Origin: an uncultured Gammaproteobacteria bacterium
Lineage (GTDB): Bacteria > Patescibacteriota > Microgenomatia > UBA10105 > UBA927
Length of the DNA stretch: 64,000 bases
NCBI GenBank assembly: GCA_964629685.1
Contig: CAZVTT010000001.1
Span: 176,627-240,626 of the forward strand
Direction of reading: 5' to 3'
Shown here: one piece after another, positions 32,515 through 41,305 of the stretch
Position numbering within the stretch: position 1 is the first letter of the stretch
Layout: the number at the start of each line of letters is the position of its first letter
Notes under the pieces: generated by a model
Seen by the model: only the letters and a program-made list of their open reading frames with translations
Database searches by the model: none
What the model was told of the DNA's origin: nothing
Made by a program: the position numbers and the translations under genes

Positions 32515-33789
32515 ATGGTACGATTAAGCGGCCCACATCCGATTCGCAACATAGTAATTAGCAATACGGGAGCTCAAATTATCGGAAAAATTGCCGGGTC
32601 CGGAACTGCATTTCTTTCAAGTGTTATTCTTGCCAGAGAATTAGGTGCTTCAGGATATGGGGATTTTTCAAAAGTCGTTACCTACGTTTCCCTCTTTTAT
32701 TTAGCTGCAGACTTTGGCATGAACGCCATTTATCTACAAAAGGTTGCCGGGACACAAGACACACGAACTTGGCAGGAATTGCTTGGAGTCCGACTGACAT
32801 TGGCCGTAGGGTTAACACTGCTTGCTGTTGCGGGATTGCTGGTACTCCCTATAGGCATTGATCAGGGATACACGGCGGGTGTACGCATGGGCATTCTGGT
32901 TTTTGCACCAAGCATTCTCCTCCAGGCTATTATTACTACCGGTAACGGATTCTTTCAGAAAAACTTATGGTATATGGGATCGACCTGGGCATTAATTTTT
33001 GGTTCTGCAACTCCCCTGCTTCTACTTCTGGCAATTACCGGCACAACAAACACATTATCACCAATACCGGCGATTATTGTTTTTTTACTTGGTACAGCAG
33101 TTACGGCTTCTTTATCGCTTAGACTTATTCAAAATCACAAACAGCCGGTACGACCCGTATTTAGGCACAAAGCTTTTACGAATCTCCTTGTCCCCTCCAT
33201 TCCTCTGGGTTTGACATTGATCAGCAACTTAGTGTTTTTTCGAATTGATACCATTATTTTGACATTAACCCGACCTACAATCGAAGTTGGCATTTACAAC
33301 TTCGCATATAAAATATTTGAACTTCCCCTGGTGATTCCCACCTTTAGTATGAATGCTCTATACCCGCTTTTAGTAAAAGCCTTAAATGAGAACAATGATT
33401 CTTACCTCGCTCTTACCAAAAACGCCTTTGTTCCATTGTTGGTCATTTCTCTGGTTGTCGGTGCTGGCCTTTGGATTTTTGCCCCCCTTGTCTCATTAAT
33501 ACAGGCGGAGTTTGTAGCTGCCATTCCCATATTAAGAATATTTTCTTTGGGTATGCCCTTTTTCTTTTTATCCAGCATTACGATGTGGATGCTGGTTTCT
33601 ACCAGGAAATACTGGCACCTTTTTTCAATATATGGACTATCCATGATTGGGGTAATTTTGAGTAATGCATATTTCATTCCGCAATACGGGGCACTTGCGG
33701 CCGCATGGCTAACCATATTCTGGGAATTCGTAGTCTTCTGCGCCTCTGCTATAATACTCACCAGACGCACACCGGCGTCCAGGCAATAA
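32515..33789 (+). CDS. Wzx-type flippase
   Basis: LARELGASGYG, ADFG, RIDTIIL, VGIYNFAYK, IPQYGALAAA. Confidence 0.85.
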   Translation: MVRLSGPHPIRNIVISNTGAQIIGKIAGSGTAFLSSVILARELGASGYGDFSKVVTYVSLFYLAADFGMNAIYLQKVAGTQDTRTWQELLGVRLTLAVGLTLLAVAGLLVLPIGIDQGYTAGVRMGILVFAPSILLQAIITTGNGFFQKNLWYMGSTWALIFGSATPLLLLLAITGTTNTLSPIPAIIVFLLGTAVTASLSLRLIQNHKQPVRPVFRHKAFTNLLVPSIPLGLTLISNLVFFRIDTIILTLTRPTIEVGIYNFAYKIFELPLVIPTFSMNALYPLLVKALNENNDSYLALTKNAFVPLLVISLVVGAGLWIFAPLVSLIQAEFVAAIPILRIFSLGMPFFFLSSITMWMLVSTRKYWHLFSIYGLSMIGVILSNAYFIPQYGALAAAWLTIFWEFVVFCASAIILTRRTPASRQ

Positions 33790-33810
33790 AGACCTGAACT
33801 AATCAAACCT

Positions 33811-34233
33811 ATGATACGTATACACACAGATGGTGGGGCCAGAGGAAATCCCGGTCCTGCTGCAATCGGAGCGCTAATAGAGTGGGGAACGGAAAACAAA
33901 ACAGAAATATCTGAATATATAGGAGAAACAACAAACAACACGGCAGAGTATACCGCACTTATTGCCGCCCTAAAAGAAATAGTAACGCTTCAGAAAACTA
34001 ATCAAATAAGGAGCGAGGAGGGGATAGTCTGCTATTTGGATTCACTTCTTGTAGTTCAACAGGTGAGGGGAGTCTATAAAATAAAACAACCCCATCTTCA
34101 AGCGCTTGCCTTAAATATTAAGGAACTCGAAAAAGAAATCCATCTTGCTATTACGTATCAGGCAATACCCAGAGAACAAAACCAGAGAGCAGACTTTCTG
34201 GTAAACAAGGCCTTAAACGCTCAACACTTCTAA
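33811..34233 (+). CDS. rnhA: Ribonuclease HI
   Basis: TDGGARGNPGPAA, TNNTAEY, DSLLVV, PREQNQRADFLVN. Confidence 0.93.
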   Translation: MIRIHTDGGARGNPGPAAIGALIEWGTENKTEISEYIGETTNNTAEYTALIAALKEIVTLQKTNQIRSEEGIVCYLDSLLVVQQVRGVYKIKQPHLQALALNIKELEKEIHLAITYQAIPREQNQRADFLVNKALNAQHF

Positions 34234-34339
34234 TCCTCATGTTAAGTTGAGGTGATAACCTTTATTTTCCTTAGGTAAAAATCCGTTGTTTTCGGTTCAA
34301 GTATTTGCAATAATACTGTCAGTTCACAACCTCATAAAT

Positions 34340-36871
34340 ATGACCACTGCCCACTCATTCGAAAACAATTTACACAACGAGACGGCTGTAATAGCGTTAA
34401 TTTTAGCTCAAGACGAGTCATACATCGTTCCTTTGCGGGAATATTTACACACACATGGCTGTGTCGTTGAAACGAAATTAAACTCACAAAAAAATATTCG
34501 TTACCAAATTGTAATAGGGGACTTGGAATACGTGAAACAATTTGCTCATGCGGAAATTCCGTTTGGCATACAGCGCCTTGTATTGATCTGGAATCTTCCA
34601 GGGGAATTAAAAGAAAGAGCGTCTTTACCTGTTTGCGGGAAAGTAATATTGGTGGATACTCACATGTTGACCACACGTGAGGTGACCAAAATATTCGCTT
34701 ATTTTTTTACCGGGAAAGAACAGTGGCTGGATTTGAGAAACCCCGGACTTAAACAGAAGCCGGTCACTCAGACCACTATTCCCAAAAAAATACCAACGGC
34801 AGGAGATAAACCGAAATCGATGCGGGAAGACGACCAGAAAAGAATTGCGCAAATTATTTCTGCTGTATACTCTCCCGAAAAGAAAACGTTTTTTTCAAGC
34901 ATCTCCTTTTCCAGAAGTACCCCCAGAAAAAAACTTGCGCTTATATTCTGCTTATTTTCCGTACTTCTGGCGGTACCCTTGTCATACATATTAAGTCTTT
35001 CCTTAACTGTGTTTTTATTACTCAGCAGTGTTACGGCACTGCAGCGGGGGAGTTACACACAGGCACAGGAGAATGCGAACTTAGCAGTATATTGGCAACG
35101 GAAAGCCAGCTCGAGCTTGTCATACCTGAGCAACCCCTTAAACGTTATCGGGTTATCTGGATTTATACATAACCAGGAGCGGGTAGTATCTTTTCTAGAT
35201 AAAGCTTCCTCCAGTGCCAAAAGTGGTCTCTATGTTTTAGAGGATGCCAGAAGCTTGGGAACCAGTACGCTTTCTGTTAATGAAAATGCTGAGGGGTCAC
35301 AACCCGCTGCGCAATTGGAACAAATCAGAAACGAAATCTCGTATTTACAGGGGATTTTGGGCTTGGCTCAGGCTGAACTTGAAGGGCTGGTAAACGACGG
35401 AATATTTCCATTCTCCTTTGGATATGTACGCAATGCTGCGGAAGCGCTGGAAAAACATTTTGTCCGAGCCAGAACCGCAAATGCCGTTGCCGCAGACGGC
35501 CTATCTATTTATCCGGAGCTTCTGGGATTCCGTGACGAAAAAAAGTACCTTATATTACTTCAAAACAGCGCTGAACTCCGACCAACCGGTGGATTTATTG
35601 GAAGTGTTGCCCTAATTTCCTTTTCCGGTGGTAAACTGAGAAACCTGGCAATACAAGATGTCTATGCCCTGGATGGTCAGCTGCGGGGACACGTAAGTCC
35701 ACCCATACCGATTCAAAACGCGTTGGGACAAGAACACTGGTATCTCAGAGACAGCAATTGGGATGCCGACTTTAGTAAGTCCGCTGATCGGGCAGCTTGG
35801 TTTTACGAAAAGGAAACCGGAATAAATGTTGATGGTGTCATAGGCATAAATATGCCTATGATCCAAAACTTGTTGACAGTAACGGGGCCTGTTCAACTAT
35901 CTGATTATAATGATGAAATTACGGCTGAAAATTTTTTTGAAAAAGCCGTCTACTACGTGCACAATGATTTCTTCCCCGGTTCGACACAAAAAAAGGATTT
36001 TCTGGGAGCCGTAACGACAGCTATATTAGCCAAAATCACTGACCCTAAAAGTACAAATCCCATAGATTTGCTAAAAACAGTAGACACCGCACTCACAAAT
36101 AAAAACCTACTGCTTTATTTTAAAAATGAAACAGCACAATCACTCATAGATCGCTTTCAGTGGTCCGGCAAGCTGCCGTTTTCTATTGGCTGTCAAACGA
36201 AGGGAGCAGCCGGGTGTATTGCTGATTTCGTTTATGTGGTTGATGCGAACTTCGGCGTAAATAAAGTTAACTATTTCATTAAGCGTGATGAGAATCATAC
36301 TGTCGCGTTTCAGCCGGATGGTAGTATCTCGGAAAAGCTAAGCATTGTATACACAAACACGGCTAAAACAGATAGCCCGGGTGGGGGAGTGTATCGAAAT
36401 TTTTCTCGTATTTATCTTCCTCCCGGTACAATTTTGTCGGACATAACCCTCGACGGAAATAGAATTCCCACCAACCCGGGAGGAATAGGCACCGTACCCT
36501 ATGTAGAGCCAAGTGCCGACCAGGAAGGTTTCTCCGGTATTTCCGTGGTTTTTGATACGCCTCCGGGGAGTAGCAGAGAAATTACTCTTCATTATATTCA
36601 CGAACAAACCCTATCCCATGAGGGCGCGATTCAATATGATCTAATTCACCAGAAACAACCGGGGTTATTTCATACAAGCACGAAAACATTGTTTACATAT
36701 CCTTCCGGCTGGACAATTACGGGTGAACGGATACGAACTGTTGTTTCTACCTTATCCGCAGGGGAACGACAGGACGATTTTGTTGCAAAATCGGGCCAGC
36801 TCGAGTACAATAGCAGTCTATTACAAGATACGTATCTTCGTCTAACGATACGTAAACAAGAGGAGCAATAA
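34340..36871 (+). CDS. DUF4012 domain-containing membrane-anchored protein
   Basis: YLILLQNSAELRPTGGFIGS, LRDSNWDADF, VDGVIG, DANFGVNKVN; ATG 34340 preferred. Confidence 0.8.
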   Translation: MTTAHSFENNLHNETAVIALILAQDESYIVPLREYLHTHGCVVETKLNSQKNIRYQIVIGDLEYVKQFAHAEIPFGIQRLVLIWNLPGELKERASLPVCGKVILVDTHMLTTREVTKIFAYFFTGKEQWLDLRNPGLKQKPVTQTTIPKKIPTAGDKPKSMREDDQKRIAQIISAVYSPEKKTFFSSISFSRSTPRKKLALIFCLFSVLLAVPLSYILSLSLTVFLLLSSVTALQRGSYTQAQENANLAVYWQRKASSSLSYLSNPLNVIGLSGFIHNQERVVSFLDKASSSAKSGLYVLEDARSLGTSTLSVNENAEGSQPAAQLEQIRNEISYLQGILGLAQAELEGLVNDGIFPFSFGYVRNAAEALEKHFVRARTANAVAADGLSIYPELLGFRDEKKYLILLQNSAELRPTGGFIGSVALISFSGGKLRNLAIQDVYALDGQLRGHVSPPIPIQNALGQEHWYLRDSNWDADFSKSADRAAWFYEKETGINVDGVIGINMPMIQNLLTVTGPVQLSDYNDEITAENFFEKAVYYVHNDFFPGSTQKKDFLGAVTTAILAKITDPKSTNPIDLLKTVDTALTNKNLLLYFKNETAQSLIDRFQWSGKLPFSIGCQTKGAAGCIADFVYVVDANFGVNKVNYFIKRDENHTVAFQPDGSISEKLSIVYTNTAKTDSPGGGVYRNFSRIYLPPGTILSDITLDGNRIPTNPGGIGTVPYVEPSADQEGFSGISVVFDTPPGSSREITLHYIHEQTLSHEGAIQYDLIHQKQPGLFHTSTKTLFTYPSGWTITGERIRTVVSTLSAGERQDDFVAKSGQLEYNSSLLQDTYLRLTIRKQEEQ

Positions 36872-36873
36872 CC

Positions 36874-37530
36874 ATGAGTACCACGAATTTACAGGCAGAA
36901 TTGCGAACGGCAACGGGCCACCAGGTCAAATCATTGCGTAAAGAGGGACGTATACCGGTCACGGTTTATGGGAAAAACGTGGAATCGGCGTCTTTAAGTG
37001 TTAACGCAGAAGCCTTTGAAACCACGTACGAAACAACCGGAGAGACAGGATTAATAGAACTCGTAATCGGAAAAGATCATAGACCGGTAATGATTCACCA
37101 TGTACAGAAACACCCATTAACAGGTGATATTCTTCATGTGGAATTTCACCAGGTTAACCTCAAAGAGAAAGTAACCGCGCCTGTTCCGGTAGAGCTTGTC
37201 GGTGAATCACCCGCAATTAAAGATAACCTTGGTACGCTCTTAACCTTGTTGGATGAAATCGAAATAGAAGCACTTCCGGCAGACCTACCAGACCATGTTG
37301 AAGTAGATATTTCCCATCTTACGGAGGTAAATCAGGAAATTACCGTTTCAGCAATTAAAGTTCCCGCGACCCTAAAAATTATAACAGAGGCTGATGTCGC
37401 TATTGTCCGCATCGCGGCGCCCGTTAAGGAAGAAGCAGTCCCGGCCGCTGTCCCAGCCGACACAACAGAAGGGGAAACCACTGCCGCTGCAGAAACCCCA
37501 GCTCCGGAGACTGAAAAAACAACAGAGTAA
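36874..37530 (+). CDS. rplY: 50S ribosomal protein L25 (CTC-type)
   Basis: LRKEGRIPVTVYG, QKHPLTGDILHVEF, ALPADLP; acidic tail. Confidence 0.95.
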   Translation: MSTTNLQAELRTATGHQVKSLRKEGRIPVTVYGKNVESASLSVNAEAFETTYETTGETGLIELVIGKDHRPVMIHHVQKHPLTGDILHVEFHQVNLKEKVTAPVPVELVGESPAIKDNLGTLLTLLDEIEIEALPADLPDHVEVDISHLTEVNQEITVSAIKVPATLKIITEADVAIVRIAAPVKEEAVPAAVPADTTEGETTAAAETPAPETEKTTE

Positions 37531-37543
37531 GCACTCCTCAGTC

Positions 37544-37591
37544 TTGACAACCGACTGCGTTGTTCATTAGGATGTGGATAAGTTTTCCACG
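37544..37591 (+). promoter_or_regulatory. dnaA promoter overlapped by DnaA boxes
   Basis: TTGACA(37544)-18 bp-TAGGAT; perfect DnaA box TGTGGATAA at 37573-37581; TTTTCCACG at 37583-37591. Confidence 0.7.
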
Positions 37592-37632
37592 TTATTTTCT
37601 CCTACCCGCTCGTGGAATATCCTGTGTTTATT

Positions 37633-39006
37633 ATGGAAATAGAAAAACTGTGGAAATCGGTGCTGGCAGAAATAGAACTATCAGTTTCAAAGGCCACGTT
37701 CCAAACACACTTTGCTCAAACCCAACTCGTCACGTTAAAGGATAATGTTGCCACAATTGGGTTCACCAATCCGCTCATGAGGGCTTTGGTAGAAACCCGG
37801 TATTATTCTTTAGTAAAGAGTGTGCTGGATCATCATACGAAAGCAAATACGAGTCTTATTTTTATAATTGCCCCAAAAAAAGAGACGCTCTCTTCCAGAG
37901 AAACCGGTCCGCTTTTTAATCACATACCGGAAGCACCCTCTCTAAATATAACCAGTATTACAAAAAAACTACACCTCCGCGCAGAGTCCACATTTGATAC
38001 TTTTGCCGTCTCTACGAGCAACCAGATGGCGTATGCTGCCGCCACCGCAGTAGCCAAATCTCCCGGAAATGCATACAATCCGCTTTTCCTTTATGGTGGT
38101 GTCGGAGTCGGAAAAACACACCTCATGCATGCCGTGGCAAACACGCTGCTATCCCAAAAACCAAACACAAAAATTGTGTACTGTATGGGTGAAGAATTCT
38201 TAAATGAAATTGTTGAAGCCATTCAGACCAAAACAAGTCGCCAGTTTAAACAAAAATACCGCAGTGCCCAGCTGTTGCTGGTCGACGATGTGCAGTTTAT
38301 CGCGGGGAAACAAACGGCACAGGAAGAGTTTTTTCATACGTTTAATGCCGTACACAGAGAAGGGGGACAAATAATACTAACGAGTGACAGACCTCCTTCT
38401 GAAATTTCCAGATTAGAAGATCGTTTAAGGTCGCGATTTGAAGGGGGATTAACCGTCGATGTAGGCCCGCCGGACTTTGAGCTGCGAACCGCAATTATAA
38501 ATATTAAATCACAGGCATCGGGTATTCAAATTCCGCCTGATGCTGCTCAAATAATCGCCGCCAACGTTACGGACACAAGAGCAATTGAGGGATTCTTAAA
38601 ACGATTAACCTCTGAAGTTTCCACAAGGGGCGCTACCGTGTCGGGAGAGCTTGTGCTTTCACTGCTTGGTCACAAAGCAAAAGACACAACCATAATAGCC
38701 CCACAAAAAAACAGCAAGCGTATTGCCCCACAGGAGGTTCTCGAGGCTGTGGCTGATTACTTCGGTTTAAAAACCACACAATTAAAAAGTCCCAAAAGGG
38801 ACAGACCAATCGCTCGTCCAAGACAGGTGTTTATGTATTTGTGCAAAACTGAGCTCGGTTTAACCCTGGATGACATTGGTGGCCTGCTTGGAGGAAGAGA
38901 CCACACAACTGTTATGCATGGGGTAGAAATTATCACCAAGGAGTTATCCACTAATCATCAATTACGGGATGCGATTGTGGGTATAAAACAAAAGCTGTGG
39001 GTTTAA
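37633..39006 (+). CDS. dnaA: Chromosomal replication initiator DnaA
   Basis: YNPLFLYGGVGVGKTHL, LLVDDVQF, QEEFFHTFN, RLRSRFEGG, GGRDHTTVMH. Confidence 0.98.
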   Translation: MEIEKLWKSVLAEIELSVSKATFQTHFAQTQLVTLKDNVATIGFTNPLMRALVETRYYSLVKSVLDHHTKANTSLIFIIAPKKETLSSRETGPLFNHIPEAPSLNITSITKKLHLRAESTFDTFAVSTSNQMAYAAATAVAKSPGNAYNPLFLYGGVGVGKTHLMHAVANTLLSQKPNTKIVYCMGEEFLNEIVEAIQTKTSRQFKQKYRSAQLLLVDDVQFIAGKQTAQEEFFHTFNAVHREGGQIILTSDRPPSEISRLEDRLRSRFEGGLTVDVGPPDFELRTAIINIKSQASGIQIPPDAAQIIAANVTDTRAIEGFLKRLTSEVSTRGATVSGELVLSLLGHKAKDTTIIAPQKNSKRIAPQEVLEAVADYFGLKTTQLKSPKRDRPIARPRQVFMYLCKTELGLTLDDIGGLLGGRDHTTVMHGVEIITKELSTNHQLRDAIVGIKQKLWV

Positions 39007-39180
39007 TTTGCGGGTTTTCCACTTGTCCACAAAAATGTCTTATTTATCCACAAAGATATCCACACAAACACGCGGAGTTTCCAACATTGTTTTTGCTCGT
39101 TTTTTGTTGAGTTGACAGTAAAAATAAAAAAGCATACACTTTTCCACGCCCGTTTCTATTACTACTACTAATTACTCTAT
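39007..39180. other. oriC: Replication origin oriC (DnaA boxes + DnaA-trios)
   Basis: TTTTCCACT 39015, TTGTCCACA 39023, TTATCCACA 39044, ATATCCACA 39056, TTTTCCACG 39140; then a GC patch and CTATTACTACTACTA trio repeats (39156-39170); lies between dnaA and dnaN. Confidence 0.85.
39112..39140 (+). promoter_or_regulatory. Sigma70-type promoter for dnaN within oriC
   Basis: TTGACA-17 bp-TACACT. Confidence 0.6.
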
Positions 39181-40290
39181 ATGGAAATACAAATACTTCA
39201 AGAAAACCTTTTAAAGGGACTAACAAATCTTGTTAGGATAATTTCAACAAAGCCACAGCTTCCAATTCTTCAAAACCTGGTTATTTCTACGGAGCAGACA
39301 AGAGTTAAAATTGCTGCCACCAACATGGAAACGTCCGAAATCTGTTGGTTTGGAGCAAAAGTAAACAAAGAAGGAGGGCTGTGTGTACCAGCGCGGTTAT
39401 TTATTGATTTTGTGTCGTCCCTTTCTCCCGGAACAATAACACTAGAAAGCAAAGAGGGATCATTAAGAGTTTCCGGAGGAGGAGTTAATGCCCAGATTCC
39501 GGGAATAGACGTCTCTGAATTCCCTCCATTGGCTCAGTTTGTTCCTGAAGGAGCGATGGAGTTTGAAACAAAGGCATTTATAGAGGCTTTAAAGATGGTT
39601 CTTTTTTCAGCTGCGACAGATGAAGGAAGACCAATGTTAACGGGAATAAAAATGACACAAACGGAGGGACAGCTTGTTCTTGCTTCCACAGACGGTTATA
39701 GACTTTCACTAATGAAAATAACGGTAAATTCAACAGAAACATTCGATTTGGTGGTCCCGGCAAGAGCACTTACGGAAGTTGTAAAGATCGGACACGAAGC
39801 TAAAAATACCACAAAAACCTGCAAGATAGGAAAAACAGCAGATGGTCAGTTGGCGTTTATGTATGATGACCTGGAAATATTTACCAGACTTATAGAAGGG
39901 GAGTTTCCCAAGTATGAGAAAATTATTCCCGCTACACACACTACAATGGCAAGGATAGATACTGCATCACTGTTAAGAGCCGTTAAGTCGGCGTCTATCT
40001 TTGCCAGGGATAACGCAAACATTATTAAGATGGTTGTTTCCCCCGGGGGAATTGAAGTCTCAGCAAATACCCCACAGGTTGGGGAAAATAGAGTGGAGAT
40101 AGAGGCGGCTGTTGAGGGAGAAGGGGGAGAAATGGCATTTAACAGTCGCTTCCTTCAGGACTTTCTGACAAATTTTTCGGAAGAAGAGGTTGTTTTTCAG
40201 ATGACGGGCTCATTAAACCCGGGTGTTTTTAAACCCGTAGGCGAGAATTCATACCTGCATATCATCATGCCCGTCAGAATTCAGGGATGA
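39181..40290 (+). CDS. dnaN: DNA polymerase III beta clamp
   Basis: PILQN, ATNME, STDGYRL, RLIEGEFPKY, FNSRFL, IIMPVR. Confidence 0.97.
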   Translation: MEIQILQENLLKGLTNLVRIISTKPQLPILQNLVISTEQTRVKIAATNMETSEICWFGAKVNKEGGLCVPARLFIDFVSSLSPGTITLESKEGSLRVSGGGVNAQIPGIDVSEFPPLAQFVPEGAMEFETKAFIEALKMVLFSAATDEGRPMLTGIKMTQTEGQLVLASTDGYRLSLMKITVNSTETFDLVVPARALTEVVKIGHEAKNTTKTCKIGKTADGQLAFMYDDLEIFTRLIEGEFPKYEKIIPATHTTMARIDTASLLRAVKSASIFARDNANIIKMVVSPGGIEVSANTPQVGENRVEIEAAVEGEGGEMAFNSRFLQDFLTNFSEEEVVFQMTGSLNPGVFKPVGENSYLHIIMPVRIQG

Positions 40291-40293
40291 CCC

Positions 40294-41301
40294 CTAAAAT
40301 TCAGGTATATCCGCACCGGAAACGAGATATGTCCCTGAGGCTCCCAGGTCTTTTCCTGACTGCGTTGTTCCCATAAACACAAAACAAGGAAGAAGTTGGT
40401 TGGTTTCCTTATTCCAAATATATCCCAGTTCGGTGGTGGCAACGGCAAAGTGTGAAAAGGAAACATCCGTGGTTGTTCCTTCTCTCGTATTTCTTTTTTC
40501 AACGTCTACCAAAACACCCTTGTTCTGTTCAAGCAGCTGAAGGGCATCCGACAAGGGCCGTATTTTGACAACAGCAGTCGATTTCTCTGGTTTTATAAGG
40601 TCGGCCATGAACATCTTTACACCGTCGGAAGAAACCAGCAGGGTTGTGCCCAAAGGATAACCCTCTTGGGCATACAGGGGTTTGCCATCTAGTAAATACG
40701 CAAAATCTACCCGAACCAGAGTGGGCTTAGTGGGGTCTGTTACGGGGGAAAAGACGAGCCCGTCGCTGTTTACGTATGTAGCTTGAAGTAGTTTTAGAGA
40801 GAGCTTGTCGTTTACAAAGCCAGACGATGTAATAAATGTCCGGGCGAGCGATTCCGCTGCCTGCGGAGATGGAATGTTCTTAGCATTGTTATCCGAGAAG
40901 GGGATGGTCATTTTAACGGATTGAGGGATTGCTACATAAGAAAGATGTTTTTCTCCGGAGCTCCACGAAAGCAACCCTTGTGCTTCCAGTGTCGTTTCCG
41001 GTTTGTTCGTAAAGCCGAGCTTCCCGGCAATTTCCAGAATTTGTGTCGTTGTATATTGTTGTGTAAGTGAATATGTCTGCACCTCGGAGGGAAATTCCCG
41101 AGGAGTTGTACCAATAGTAAATGTCTGTGAAGGGCTGTCGTTCTTTATGAGAGGGGAGGGGAGAATTTCAATATTCCGGGGAGCAGTCCCCAAATTATTG
41201 GGTTTAGCAGTGTTGCTTGTCGGCTGTATGCTCCGACGAACAATAACTGTTACACCAAGAGAAACAATAAACAGCGCAACGACAATAAGTATTTTTTTCA
41301 T
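40294..41301 (-). CDS. Hypothetical N-terminally anchored exported protein
   Basis: MKK + hydrophobic helix; last gene of the virB4 operon (4-nt gap to the upstream gene). Confidence 0.6.
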   Translation of the reverse strand: MKKILIVVALFIVSLGVTVIVRRSIQPTSNTAKPNNLGTAPRNIEILPSPLIKNDSPSQTFTIGTTPREFPSEVQTYSLTQQYTTTQILEIAGKLGFTNKPETTLEAQGLLSWSSGEKHLSYVAIPQSVKMTIPFSDNNAKNIPSPQAAESLARTFITSSGFVNDKLSLKLLQATYVNSDGLVFSPVTDPTKPTLVRVDFAYLLDGKPLYAQEGYPLGTTLLVSSDGVKMFMADLIKPEKSTAVVKIRPLSDALQLLEQNKGVLVDVEKRNTREGTTTDVSFSHFAVATTELGYIWNKETNQLLPCFVFMGTTQSGKDLGASGTYLVSGADIPEF

Positions 41302-41305
41302 GTTT

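Noticed and set aside
39156-39180. (CTA)n as a microsatellite or phase-variation tract
   Set aside because: Position after a DnaA box and GC patch fits DnaA-trios better
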